64,000 nucleotides of DNA from Laetmonice hystrix (GCA_965235115.1 OZ249444.1:2046001-2110000), one strand, 5' to 3'. Positions 35,501 to 48,958 are shown, counted from the stretch's first letter. The notes: generated from the sequence alone by a model not told the origin. Program-made: numbers and translations.

Positions 35501-38112
35501 TACTCGTAGTTTAAGGTTGGCATTCTCGTTTATGTAAAACCTATTGACCTGCATTTATTGCTGATGTTATTCTTTATTGTATAAGGCATATGGGAAGGTA
35601 TAAGGTAGCTGGATTGTTGCATTTGGCTTTAAAGATTTTGTTACACCTACCAATCCTCGCCATGTCAGAAAATTTTTAGGCTTATGCAATTATTATAGGC
35701 GATTCATAAAAGATTTTGGGAAACTTCGTGCACCATTGAATGATCTCTTGATCAAGAACACACCATTCAGCTGGACAGAAGAGTGTGCCCACTCCTTCCA
35801 GACACTGAAAGATAGACTGACAGGCCCAGTTATGTTATGTTTCCCTGACCCCACACGTAAGTACACCATTACCTGTGACGCCAGTGGCACTGGCCTAGGT
35901 TTTATTTTATCTCAGCAGGACAAACATGGTATTGACCGTGTACTGGCCTATGGTGGCAGATCACTGAGACGTGATGAGAAAGCATATTCCATCACTGAAC
36001 GTGAAGGATTAGCAGTGATTGAAGGAATCAGAGAATACAGGACATATTTAATCGGATCTGATTTTGATATTGTTACCGACCACAAAGCTTTGACCTACAT
36101 AAAAGCAAATGAAGGAGGCACTGGCAGATTAGCCAGATGGGCTCTAGAACTTGCGGGTTACAATTATAATGTTGTTTTCCGTAAGGGCGCTGAAAATGTT
36201 AATGCAGAATGTTCTTTCTCGTACTGATGACATCACTACAGACATTAAAGCAAAACTATCCCATTCCGTTGCATGTCAAACTGATTCTTTCCAACCTGGA
36301 GAGATGGAAACCGTTAATGTTGATGAAATTATTCATCCACACTTAGCTGCTCTGAGTGAACATCTTTTTCAACCAGATCCTATGCCTAACCTATCAACTC
36401 AAATTGCTGCCATAGACATCAATGCAGAAATTGATGCACAAGAACAAACCCAGTTACAACTCACTTCTGAAGCTGATATAAAAAGGCAACAACAAACTGG
36501 AAAAACAGGAAAGATTCTAAAGTATCTTCTGACCAATCAAAACAAACCAGAAGGCTACACAGACGCCAACCTAGCCAAGTTTAAGGTACAAGATGGTCTA
36601 TTGTATCATCAATTGTATCTTGGTGTAGATCCTACAGGCACAGAAATAATTAAATTACAGTTAGTTATACCAGAAGAAGGAAAAATCTCTCCTGGAGACT
36701 TAAGATCTAGTGTTATGGAACACTATCACAACAATCTCTTGGGGGGATGTCATCAAGGTTTTGACAGAACCTATGATGCCATAAGGCGAAAGTATTTTTG
36801 GTTCAATATGTATACGCATGTTCAAGATTTGGTCAACAGTTGTGCCAGCTGCCAACAAGCAAAGACCCACAGACACTCTCGGCCAGCACCTCTCAAGCCT
36901 ATGCCTATTGTTGGTCGTTTTGAACGATGGCATATTGATTTCTTGGGTCCACTTCACGAAAGTTCTGGCAACCATAAATACATCCTTTTAATACTTGATT
37001 CATTTTCACGTTGGCCAGAAGCCTTTCCACTTGAGTCAAGTGATGCAAAAACAGTTGCAAGGGTATTGTATGAAGAAATATTCACCCGCTATGGCGCTCC
37101 AAAAACTCTTGTATCAGATAGAGGAAAACAATTCCTATCCATGCTTGTGGCTTCCTTGTGTGAACTTTTCAAAGTTAAACGTATTCACACATCCCCTTAC
37201 CACCCACAAACGAATGCAACCTGTGAACGTTTTAATGCAGTAATTGCACAAGGATTGAGAGCATATGTGGACACAACTCAATCAGATTGGCATACATATT
37301 TGCCAGGAATTCTCATGAGCTACCGTGCAACACCAGCTGCTCGATCAACAGGAATGTCCCCATTCTATACACTCTTTGGTGAAGATATGTCTCTTCCCAT
37401 TGACAGAATAGTGGAACCTAAACCGAATCTTCCCACAACTGTACAGAATTACTTGACAAAAACACTGGGACACATCCGTCGAATTCATGAACTTGCAAAA
37501 AGTAACATTGAGAAACATCAAACTCAGTACAAAAGTTACTATGATAAAGATACAGAGCCTCCACGATTCAAAGTCAACCAATTGGTGTGGCTTAGAGACC
37601 AGAAGGTCCCAGTTGGTTTGTCTTCCAAACTACACAAACCATGGAAAGGACCATACTATATAGAACAGGTCCATGACAATAATACGTACACTCTGCGTAA
37701 CATGTCATCCTACAAACCATTACCAAATCGTCAGAATGGTAACAGGCTGAAACCATGTGTTACTTCAGAACCTCCACCTGAGACAATGGAACCTGACAAT
37801 AACCAGACCCCTCCACAGTCAAATACCACAACTGTACCCCCAAACATTCTGAGTGACCCAACTTCCAATGTAACACATGATGTTATGAATGATCCTAATC
37901 CACCCAAACCAATTAAGATCCTTAAAGCAGGATATCAAAATGGGAAAAAGGTTTATAAAGTTCGATTAGAAGGACAGTCACCACAATGGCTGCTTCCAAA
38001 CGATGTTCCACCAAACATGATAGCAGATTTTCATGCTAAGTTCACAAACACTGGAAAAGCGAAAAAGTTCAAACAGAAATCCTTGTTACAGGAATGTAGA
38101 GTTTCACAATAA
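32595..38112 (+). pseudogene. Gypsy E pol (PR-RT-RH-IN)
   Basis: ALVDSGA; LDLNSGFWQ...YVDD; TCDASGTG; HHxxxH...CASC; IDFLGP...VSDRGKQF; GPY. Contains an in-frame stop at 33375-33377, an insertion at 34508-35628 and a +1 frameshift near 36210. Confidence 0.93.
34508..35628. mobile_element. 1121-bp non-autonomous DNA element at a TTAA target, AG...CT ends (Kolobok-like)
   Basis: TTAA at 34504-34507 and 35629-35632. Removing it restores RIVK|DFVTPTNPRHVRKFLGLCNYYRRF in frame. TIRs are weak (AGCGATCCGAAAC vs AGCCAAATGCAAC). Confidence 0.8.
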
Positions 38113-38170
38113 TATGATAATAGTTCAGGCTAATTAAATGGCCCAGAATAATGATCCAAAAACATTATAA

Positions 38171-38842
38171 ATGGTAATGTGGATCGGCCTTCCTCATAAC
38201 TGCACAAGGGAGAGGACTTGTAGAAAGTCAACACTCGAGACAAGTGGTGTAAGACGGAAATTTTTTTTCTCACCATTATCATTTTCAACAATTAGGGCTG
38301 GTTCCCTTCACAACATTGAAAACTCATATTCCACTTTCTTCTGCTTGCTCTCCAGAGTGGCTATCAGCGGCCGCGATGGCACGACTGCCCACATCGTCAT
38401 CGTCCCGCAGTCGAGGATTTTTATGGCTTTTGATTCTTTGTTTCTGTGGCTATACATGCAGCCTGGCAACCTCATCGGTATAGAATTTTGTGATAGGGAT
38501 AAAAGTATCACAATACCGATTGTGTCAGTACCTTTTTGCCCCAAGTTCTATAATTTTACTGCTGCTAGCGTCTTAAAACAACTGGAAATCCAGGGTACTC
38601 TTCTCCCAAAGATTCTTATTACTTGGGATAACTTAAAGGTTACAAACTTGTTAACGGATGAGACCATTGAAATGCCAACTGTAATAACCATCTCACCCCT
38701 TTCTGCCTACCGCCTTAGGAAACTTGTTCGCTCACCTTATGAGGCCCATTTCTTGATGGACCATGGGCGTAGATCCGTCTATATACCACTGTGTGCCCAA
38801 ACATGTAATGCTATGTATCCTGAACTGCCACGTTCAACTTAG
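38171..38842 (+). CDS. Gypsy E third ORF (unknown function, possibly a truncated env-position ORF)
   Basis: 223-aa ORF downstream of the integrase stop and upstream of the 3' LTR. The C-terminal ~140 aa look protein-like (LITWDNL...MPTVITISPLSAYRLRKLV...Y). Confidence 0.55.
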   Translation: MVMWIGLPHNCTRERTCRKSTLETSGVRRKFFFSPLSFSTIRAGSLHNIENSYSTFFCLLSRVAISGRDGTTAHIVIVPQSRIFMAFDSLFLWLYMQPGNLIGIEFCDRDKSITIPIVSVPFCPKFYNFTAASVLKQLEIQGTLLPKILITWDNLKVTNLLTDETIEMPTVITISPLSAYRLRKLVRSPYEAHFLMDHGRRSVYIPLCAQTCNAMYPELPRST

Positions 38843-38978
38843 ATATTTTTAGGTTTTAAGGTATTTTAGCTTTTGTATTTGCCACTGTTGACGAGTCATA
38901 TTTCAATTATGTGTAATGCGACAGAGGGTCTGCCTCTGGTATTTTGGTGTTGTTTTTTTTTTCTTCTTCAAGTGTCAC

Positions 38979-41900
38979 TGTCGGAACCCATTCCTCTACT
39001 CCCAGTGTATCATTTGGCCGCTAGGTGCTAGTCTGTTATATCCCGCTAGGCGGCGCTTTTGTCCGATAGTTTTGCCATTAAAAGCTCTAAACCGGAAGCG
39101 GTGAACACGTTGCCGGACAACTCAACAATCGGATGTGTTTGCCTTCTTTTCTAACGTTGGAGTGGACATTTGGTGCCGTCAAGACCAGGATTCCGATCTT
39201 ACTATCTGGATTTATCTAACTATTCTGCTGTGGTACATCAGACTATATTTTGCGGACTACTCCAACGTGCATTCGTGTGAACTATGGACATGATGGATCA
39301 GGGTGAACATCTCAAACGGCGACGTGCCGGCCATAAGGGCTTCATAACCAGACAGATCAACAACGCTCAGGACGGAAATCAGGGAGAGGTCCAGCTAAGT
39401 GACTTGATTAACTCCATACGCGTCCATCTACGAACTGTCAATGAACTGTCAGACGAACTATTGAACGTCTGTGACGCAAACTCTGTAGAAACTGAGGTCT
39501 TAAACTCGTCAGAATATGACTTTGAGGTCAACTCCCAAATCAAACAGCTGGAACGAAAACTACATGAACTTAGCATCAGTGATGTCCCAGGTCAGCTGAA
39601 TCGGCCCACCGTTATCAACACGGCAACGTCAACCACGGTAACACCATCTAATGTGTCCAACTATCTGAATCAGTCAAATCAACTCGTGCCTTCTACATCT
39701 ACTGATGGTGTTACAACTGCAACAACGTCGACAGTCAACACTGTGACATGTACTGGGATGACACCAACTACAACACCTCTGCTGACTGGTCATACCGGAG
39801 GACAACACAGACAGAGTGTGAATCTCGGGGTGAGTTACCAACATTTATCTCCCCCTTCATCGGATGTGGACCCTGCCATAGTTGCCCTGGGTACATCCAT
39901 AGCTGAGTTTGATCCGTTTGCGCCACCACCTCCTCAACAACATACCCCGCTGTCATCAAGTCAGCCTTTACAAGCTCGAAATGTTACTGCATCTACCTAC
40001 AATATTCGGTTACCAAGATTGGAAATGCCAAAATTTGACGGATCGCCGATCAAATGGCAGACGTTTTGGGATTCATATCTTCCAAACATCCACATCAATC
40101 CTCAGATTCATGAGAGTGAGAAGTTCACAAGGCTGCTTGCACTACTAGAAGGTGAAGCTCTTAGCTGTGTTTCTGGATTCTCTATCACGGCAGCCAATTA
40201 TCAAAGAGCAGTTGAGTTGCTGCTCGAGCGCTTCGGACGAGCACATATTGTGATATGTGCACACAATCAAGCACTTGTGTCGATGGGTGCCCCAACAGAA
40301 GATCTTTCATCATTGTCTGCATTTTATGATGAGATGGAGACCCACATTCGAGGCCTGGAGGCACTGGGACAGACCCAAGATCAGCTCGGTACATTGCTGA
40401 TATCAATTATTCTCAGTAAACTGCCACCAAGTGTCATACAGAACATCACTAGAACCAACGGAGGGTCTGACTGGACCTTACGTGCATTGCGCAAAACATT
40501 GTATCGTGAACTAGATATCATGCGTGCTGGAGGGAACTTAGCAGAATCGGCTCATTCTAACTTTGCCCAGTCCTCACAAAGGCTGCACCAGTCATCCAAT
40601 CGAAATAGGAATGGAACAGGAAATCAGAACAGAAAACCCATCAAAAAACGCAATGACACAAACAATACTCAGTGCTGTGCTTTTTGTTCGAATGATCACA
40701 GAGAAACTGAGTGCACTGAAGTCAAGGACGTCACCCGTCGGAACCAGATTGTGCGAGAGAAAGGACTTTGTTTCAATTGTCTAAAGAGCAACCACAAACT
40801 AACTGACTGTAAATCAAAGTACTCGTGTCGGTGCTGTAAACGAAGACACCATTCTTCCTTGTGTCGATCTGGGAATCATGACAATTCTGAGGCAGCCAGC
40901 GCACCTTCCTATGTTGCACCAAGTCAACTTACTGCACAACAAAGGGTTGCTAGCCCCACTTCTGACCCTCAACACATTGGTATCAGTCCTGTAGAATCAA
41001 AGTCCAGTGACAAGCCACAACTACCAAGTCCCAATAACAAAAGTGAAGAAGCCATAAATGTTCTTACTGCTCCGACTACTCAAGGTGTGTTGCTATGTAC
41101 GGCTATAGCGAAAGTTCGATGCGGAAACGAGGTTTGCGAGGCTAAACTGTTGTTCGACCAGGGTGCTCAACGCAGTTTCGTCAGGGAAGAGTTTCTCAGG
41201 AATTTCACAAGCCACATTCCCCGAGAATACGAGAGCATAATGATGTCGGGTATAGAAGACAAGGCAGCCACTTATCGTAGACTACCAAAAGTGAGTTTAA
41301 ACATTGAGACACTAGAAGGAAGTGAGGTGACAGTCAACCCACTCATTTTGAAAGACATAGCTGCACCTTTGTCTGTCAAGAATCGACAGCTGAAACTGTA
41401 TCCCCACTTGGAAAACTTGCAGCTGGCCCATCCAGTAACAAAGGATGGAAAATTTGTCATCGATATACTCATAGCCGCGGACTCATACTGGGACTTAGTT
41501 GATAACCATACAGTAAGAGGCGAAGATGATGGCCCTGTTGCGCTGCAGTCCAAGATTGGTTATCTTATCTCTGGACCATTGAGAACAATGAAGACACACT
41601 GTGACCCTATTCCTGATCAAGTTTATGCAGGCATAACCTTTGCATCTGATCACAGGCCACCTGATGATGAACCAAACTTGGACCAGTTTTGGGAATTAGA
41701 GTCAATAGGAATCACAGGTCAGACTACGGATGATGAAGCACAGGACCAGAAGGCCTATCAAGACAATTGTATTGAGAAAGTCGGCCAACATTACCAGGCA
41801 AAACTACCATGGAGGAGAGTGTTTCCTGACCTACCTACGAACTACACAAACGATCTGACTTGAAGACCAGGAAACTATACGATGCGGTTGTAAAGGAGCA

Positions 41901-44900
41901 AGAGAGACGAGACTTCATTGAACGTGTGAACACTGAAGAGCTAGCCCGGAATCGAGTTCACTATCTTCCACATCACGGAGTTTTTAAAGACTCAGTAACT
42001 ACCCCACTTCGAGTAGTGTATAACTGCAGTGCACGACAGGCAGAACACCATGCGTCTCTAAATGACTGTCTTTATTCTACACCACCAGTGTACAATGACA
42101 TCGTTGACATTCTATGTAAATTTCGCATGGGTCAATATGGCATCATATCAGACATTGAGAAGGCCTTTCTGAACGTCAGACTGCATCCAGATGATCGTGA
42201 TGTAACTCGCTTCTTATGGCTAGGAGACCCTGAAGACTCAAACTCGCCGTGGATTACCTACAGGCTCAAGTCAGTCCTATTCGGGGCTACTTGTTCACCA
42301 TTTATGCTTGACGCCACACTCAGAAAACACCTGAATCAATCAGCCGATCCACTAGCATCAAAGATACTAGAAGGTCTCTATGTGGACAATGTTGTCAATT
42401 CGTTTGATGATGAAAAGGATCTACAGCACTATTTCTACAGGTCTCGTTCACTAATGCAAGATGCGGGCTTCAATTTGCGTGCTTGGAAGTCTTCATATCA
42501 CCCACTGAACACCATAGCAGATGAACACCAGGTGCTGGACCAAACTACGAAACCAAAAGTGTTAGGTTTGTTATGGGACCCGGATACTGACCAGTTGAGT
42601 TTTGTCCCATACGCCAGGACAATTAGCAAGTCCATTACCAAACGTGAAGCTGTAAGTGCCATCTCCAAACTCTATGATCCTTTTGGTATCCTGAATCCCG
42701 TGGTTGTGAGAGCGAAAATCTTTCTTCAAGATCTATGGAGGGTCCAGGATCTGAAATGGGATGACCTGATTCCAGAACAGTTACAAAAGGATTGGGAAAT
42801 ACTGCAACAAGATCGATCTGGAACTAGCAACCACGTTACAGCTGCCAAGACCATTCTTCAAGTGCAATAAGGTTGCCATGGACAAAATCTCACTACACAT
42901 ATTTGTCGACGCTTCTCCGAGAGCATATGGTACAGCAGCATACCTTGTGAGCGGTGGAGAATCTGTACTTATCTTGGCGAAAAGTCGAGTTGCACCGTTG
43001 AAAGAGCTCTCATTACCGAGACTGGAATTGATGGCCGCCGTTTTGGGAGCACGTCTTTACAGTCATCTCAAACGGATTATCCAACCTGCTAGTGCACACT
43101 TGTGGTCTGACAGTCAAATTGTTCTATCTTGGTTGTCAACTGACAGAAAGCTGGAAAATTTCACTCGAAACAGAGTAAAGGAGATCAAGCGACTCTCTAA
43201 AGGGGTTGACTTCCATTACTGCCCTACTGAGTGCAATCCAAGTGATCTTCTTACCAGAGGCATTCCGGCAAAAAGGTTCTTCAACAACGACCTTTGGTTC
43301 CATGGACCATCTTGGATGGAACATCCACCTGAAGATTGGCCCAAGACTCCAGCAACTTTATCCACTATTCAGTTGATAGCATTTTCGGAGGCCATAGTCA
43401 ACACGGATGATGGAAAGGATGAGGAAAGCACTGCACTGGATCCGCTTAGTGTGTTAATCTCCAAAACCAACAGTTTTGTGCGCCTACAACGTACTATAGC
43501 CGTCATGCTACGCTTTGTCAACAATGCAAGAAACAAAGCAAGGAAGTCCGGTCCTATCACCATAATGGAGCTGCGGAGTGCAGAAAAGGTTTTGATACGA
43601 CATGTTCAGAGCAAAACCTTTCAGCCAGAACTTGAGGCACTACAATCCAGAAAGTCGACCACGCTTTGCCGACAACTCCGCCTATTCCTCGACTCTGAAG
43701 GGATACTGCGATCAGGAGGGCGCATTCACAATGCCAACGTTAACTTCAATGCCAGGTTTCCAGTTCTACTGCCATCACATCATCCAGTCACAGATGCTTT
43801 GATCAGAAAGGTTCATTATGAACAAGCTCATCTTGGTCTCAATGCCACACTGACTGCATTACGACAGAGATACTGGGTACCTAAGGGAGGGCAGATTGTG
43901 AAGTCTGTCATCAGGAAATGTGTAGCTTGCAGAAAACACCATGGAAAGCCATACTCACTTCCGGAGTCACCCCCGCTGATGAGGATACGCGTTGAAGAAG
44001 CACCGCCTTTTGGCATAACTGGACTTGACTTCTCAGGAGCCTTGCCATATAAAACAGACAAGGGAACCGGCAGTGTCTACATACTACTTTTCACCTGTGC
44101 GGTGACTAGGGCAGTACACTTGGAAGCCACCACGTCTATGGACACTGACACTGTTCTCTTTGCTATTCGAAAATTCATAGCACGGAGAGGAAAACCATCA
44201 GTAATTGTCAGTGATAATGCTAAATCCTTTGAGGCAGCTGATAGGAAAATACAGTGTATTCTAAAATCAGAGAAGCTCCAAACATCACTTACCAACAGCG
44301 GAATAGACTGGCGTTTCATACCCAAAAGAGCCCCATGGTTCGGGGGGTTCTGGGAGCGACTGGTAGGGCTCACCAAGAAATGTATACAAAGCGTCTTAGG
44401 CCGCCACCTGGTGTCACTTGATGTCTTCACAACAATACTGACTGAGGTCGAAGCCATTATAAATAACAGACCACTAACAAGGGCGTCTAGCCAAATAAAT
44501 GACCTTGACCCACTGACACCCTCAGACCTTCTACATGGCAGGAGACTGCCACTGCTACCAGTGGGATTGCGTGAGACTGATGACCCAGACTTCGGCCCAT
44601 CCATGTTGCGAATCCGGAAAGACCAGTATACATCAGCATCTGAGGCAGTCTGGAAACGGTTCCACAATGAATACTTGGTATCCCTGCGGGAATACCACGC
44701 AAGTCAAGGTACAACACAACAGCTGATATCAGAAGGAGATGTAGTCCTCGTTCACAGTGAGAATCTGCGTAATACATGGAAAATGGCTGTCGTCGAGTCT
44801 TTGAATTATGGAAAAGATGGGCTGGTCAGATCCGCAGACATTCGAACAGCTGCTGGACGCAGTAACAGGCCAATCAGCAAACTCCACCCGTTGGAAGTCC

Positions 44901-45426
44901 GAGCTGAACTCCCGCAAAATCCAAACGTGCCACCTAAGACTGAAAAAGTGGACAGTGACTGTTCAAGGCACAGTTCCAGACTAGCGGCTAAACGTGCAAT
45001 GGACAAAATCCAGCAGATTCAGGCTCTTGATGTAACATCAGATTCCGATGACGACCTTTAATTGTTTGAACTGAGAACTCGGTATTGGATTAGCCATGCA
45101 CGATTGTTATTTTGCGTCATTATGGCGTCATACTCGTGCTTTTCATTCTTAAGGAGTATATTGCTTATAATTTTGTATAAGTTCTTTATTAATATTATGT
45201 TGTCCTTATAATGTTCAACTTTGCGCCCCGGGAGAATGTCGGAACCCATTCCTCTACTCCCAGTGTATCATTTGGCCGCTAGGTGCTAGTCTGTTATATC
45301 CCGCTAGGCGGCGCTTTTGTCCGATAGTTTTGCCATTAAAAGCTCTAAACCGGAAGCGGTGAACACGTTGCCGGACAACTCAACAATCGGATGTGTTTGC
45401 CTTCTTTTCTAACGTTGGAGTGGACA
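38979..45426 (+). mobile_element. BEL/Pao LTR retrotransposon F
   Basis: Identical 190-bp LTRs at 38979-39168 and 45237-45426; TSD GTCAC at 38974-38978 and 45427-45431; PBS TGGTGCCGT (tRNA-His-like) at 39171-39179; purine tract at 45230-45236. Confidence 0.97.
39284..45061 (+). pseudogene. BEL/Pao gag-pol polyprotein (near full length, two frame breaks)
   Basis: PKFDGSPIKWQTFWD; triple Cys knuckle CAFC...CFNC...CRCC; LFDQGAQRSF; SDIEKAF...YVDN; HIFVDAS; GLDFSG...SDNA...GGFWERLV. Breaks near 41850 (deletion) and at 42811-42818 (GATC duplication). Confidence 0.95.
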
Positions 45427-45860
45427 GTCACATTTATATTTTGTGACTTCTTCATGTGGACTCCTTACCTTTTGGACTGGACATATATCCACGACAAGTG
45501 TGTTTATTGATAATTTGTGTGCTTTTGTTTTCTTGGTGCAAACCTTTGACCAAGCAAGGTCATAACGAACAATGGACAATTCTCCAGTCGCATACGGACA
45601 TTCGCCAGTTGCCAGCACAACTGTGAACCCTCGGTGGACTATGCCGACTCAAGGACTTCAGTTCCATTTATATATATTATTATTGTATCAATGTGTTTTT
45701 TTAGCTTCGGCTCGAAGCATGGAACATTTAATTTCTTGTGGACTTATAAAATTTTTAAAGGTCTATCTTCAGACCTCTTTGTCATCTGTGAAGGACACAG
45801 TGCAAGATAGTTTTAATGACTTTACGTTCGGAGACCGAACTTTTCTAACAACCGGAGTGA

Positions 45861-46689
45861 TATCATCAAGTATAATTTAATGTTTTCTATATTTTATTCT
45901 TAATCTGTTTTATCCTTAATATTTCATGTTTCCACGTTTGGTGGATATATATATATGTATCTTCTCTGCAGCAGACATCGTAATATTTTGAGAGTGGTAT
46001 GCAGAGGCCACACACAGGTCAGAAATATGTAGACCTATCTCTATTTTAATCTTGGGAGGATGTGGAGTGGATATACGGTGGCTCAACGGAAAATCCCCAG
46101 CATGAGATCCCTGGTCCCCTAACACCGACCCCAGTCCTTATATGGTAGGGACATCAACTGACCAGTGGTCACCTCTGACGTGATTCCACGTATTTTGGGG
46201 GTCGGCCGCTGGTCCTCCCTTTGCCCCTCCAGATAAGGGCATGATCTAGGAAACCACACCCCCTCTCACCATGGGCAGCACGTGGGTGCAGGGCAGGGTT
46301 CATACTTGACCATGCGCTGTACCCACAGTATATAAGTCCCACAAAATCCTACCCAGACAGATAGACCATAGACCAGATAGACACAGATAGACACACATAG
46401 ACATTCAGATACGATACATAGGAGACACCCAGTCACCATCACCATCCACGTCAGCCACCAGCCACTCCACTCCTCCGGTAAGTCAGCTTCTCACATTGTT
46501 GACGGTCACACTTGTACTGGGCATTTATACAACCTCTCGTAAGCTCTACTCGTATTAAATTATTCTCTCTAACTCACGGATCCTACGTTATTATTCCCCT
46601 CCTATTATTAATTGTGTCGTTCCCGCTTGCTCACGCTAGTCTCCCCCCACAACACGAAACCACCCATACACCGGTTAAGTGGGACGACA
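45861..46689 (+). repeat. Gypsy E 3' LTR
   Basis: Direct repeat of 30316-31144. Confidence 0.95.
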
Positions 46690-46693
46690 GTAC

Positions 46694-47382
46694 CCCAGGG
46701 CAGTGTCTTGGGACCTCTATTCTTCCTGATCTATATAAATGACCTTGCTGAGGTATCAATGATTATTAAACCGATTTTCTTTGCAGATGATAGCAATTTT
46801 TTTCACAGCTATAACAGTAATACTGATCCATCACCTATCATCAATAGGGAGCTTGACAAAGTCACAAAGTGGTTAAACGTTAACAAACTCTCCTTAAATG
46901 TCAAAAAAACTAGTTATATTATTTTCTCGCATCCTAATAAGAAAAATGCATTTGAACAAAACTTATCTATTACATTAAATGGGCAATTAATCCAACCGGT
47001 TACACAAACTAAATTCTTAGGTGTCATACTAGAAAGTTCCGGTGTAACAAAGTAGCTAAATCAATTGGAATATTACAAAAAGCAAGAGCTGTCCTCGATA
47101 GAGATATCTTAATTAGACTTTATTACTCCTTCTTATACCCATATTTCAGTTCAGGAATTACAGTTTGGGGAAAAGCTAACAAGACCGTTCTTTTACCATT
47201 GTATAAACTACAAAAGAAAGCGGTCAGATTAATATTCAATAAACCACAAAGAACCCATACGTTACCACTATTCGTAGAGGCCAACATACTTCCATTATTC
47301 GAAATTTATAACTTATCAGTAGTCGTCCATATGTTTAAAGTTCACCATAACCTATTCCCGGAAATAATTACCAGCCTATTTA
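46694..47382 (+). pseudogene. LINE ORF2 part 2 (RT C-half)
   Basis: PQGS(V)LGPL.FLIYINDL, FFADDSN, WLNVNKLSLNVKKT, THTLPLF. Confidence 0.9.
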
Positions 47383-47587
47383 ATGAACATGATAAAACTA
47401 TAGTTTTAACTGTGTATAAATCCAAGGGAGGTGCAGTGCTTCCCGCCGTCGACGCCAGGGGGCAGTCGCGGAGCTGGACCGTTCTAATTCGCGCCACCGG
47501 GGTCAGCACACTCCTCGACACTGCACGGAGCACACGCAATTTTTTGCACGCAATTTTTGGACCTGGACTTTTCCGTGTTTGGACAAG

Positions 47588-48904
47588 ATGCCGAAGCAAA
47601 GAACCCTGCAAAAATGTTCCGAGTGTGGACATACGCATCCACCAAAAGGAGGTGGCAATTGCGCATATGTGAGGACTGCAAAATTAAAATCGGCTGCACA
47701 GGGCACCGACATAGATTGGCGCCCACTTCTGGACACGGATTTGATAACTATGGACTACGTTTATTTGTCAAATGATCAGGGGCGTGCAAATGAGCCTGAA
47801 CCGGACGATTTAGTGCAGGCTTTGCTTCAGGACAATGCAAAGAACAGAGAACTCATGGCCAAACAGGTGGAAATCATCAGCCAGATGATGTCTACCATGG
47901 GCATGGCTTTCAACCAAGGACCACAGGATCTGGCTGCAGGCACGGGGACGGTAAGTGGGACTGGTAGAGTGCAGTCAACCGCGACGCATAGGGATCAAGG
48001 TAGCAAACCATGTGCTAATCCATCTGGGCAGCTCGACGTGTCAAACCTGACCGAAACCCCCAAGCAATCTACCGCTCTCAAGTATGACAAGGCGCCCGAA
48101 GGTTTACTGATCCAGTCTACGCACCTGAGTGGAGTTCACGAAGGTCAAGCAGCGCCACCGACGGTTTCCGGAGAAGGCCACCAACTGTACCCCCCACCCG
48201 TTATGATGTGTGACCATACCGCGCAAGCCTCATCTTCTGGCGGGAGTTTACGAACGGGTATGCCAACACCTGGTTTTCTGAGATCAGGGACAGTTCCAGA
48301 CGGGGGATATTTCGCAGGTGCGGCACCTTTCGCCCCACGGAGTCAGGATTTTCAAGCCGGCTACTGCCATACCGAAGCTAGGAACACCAAACGTAAGTGC
48401 GTGTTATACGATTTAGATTTGCACCTACCCCTTGGCAAGACGGTCAATTCAACCAGCACTACTGTGGATGATATCATTTCCGCGAGTATGTCCATGCTGT
48501 ACTCAATGGCAGACCAGGGATTTGACGTTAGGGGGTATACCAAACATGTACAGTTCCTAATCGACAGGTCGAAGATATACCAGGGTTCTGCTATTATCAG
48601 ATATGACCAATCAGTCAGGGAGAGGGCTGAGGTTTTGGGGGCAGGTGTATTTGGTTACGGGGACCACCAATCCTTCTACATGCATCTGGGCCCGGAGAGC
48701 ATGAGAAAGGACAATGCCAAGTCAGTTAGTGGGGGTGCAGGTGGCAGGAATCGGCCGGGACCTAAGGATAGGAAGAAGTCGGGAGTCTGCTGGGCTTTCA
48801 ACGAGTCAAAAGGGTGTGCTAGGGACAAGTGCTGTTATAAACACGAGTGTGCAGATTGTTCTGGCGGGCATAGTGCAGTCAACTGTCCGAGGTACAGAAG
48901 ATAG
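47588..48904 (+). CDS. Ngaro ORF1 (Gag-like)
   Basis: Intact ORF from ATG 47588; N-terminal CSECGHTH...C; C-terminal CWAFNESKGC...C.YKHECADC...H...C. Confidence 0.85.
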   Translation: MPKQRTLQKCSECGHTHPPKGGGNCAYVRTAKLKSAAQGTDIDWRPLLDTDLITMDYVYLSNDQGRANEPEPDDLVQALLQDNAKNRELMAKQVEIISQMMSTMGMAFNQGPQDLAAGTGTVSGTGRVQSTATHRDQGSKPCANPSGQLDVSNLTETPKQSTALKYDKAPEGLLIQSTHLSGVHEGQAAPPTVSGEGHQLYPPPVMMCDHTAQASSSGGSLRTGMPTPGFLRSGTVPDGGYFAGAAPFAPRSQDFQAGYCHTEARNTKRKCVLYDLDLHLPLGKTVNSTSTTVDDIISASMSMLYSMADQGFDVRGYTKHVQFLIDRSKIYQGSAIIRYDQSVRERAEVLGAGVFGYGDHQSFYMHLGPESMRKDNAKSVSGGAGGRNRPGPKDRKKSGVCWAFNESKGCARDKCCYKHECADCSGGHSAVNCPRYRR

Positions 48905-48958
48905 GATGAGGAGTGCCTGGCCAAGTGTCGGAAACAACTTGAGTGTCTTCCTTATGGT

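Larger units (their letters stand above)
30316..46689 (+). mobile_element. Ty3/Gypsy retrotransposon E with a third ORF remnant, hosting two insertions
   Basis: 829-bp LTRs at 30316-31144 and 45861-46689 (about 4 mismatches); TSD GTAC at 30312-30315 and 46690-46693; PBS TGGTGGAGA (tRNA-Ala-like) at 31147-31155. Confidence 0.95.
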
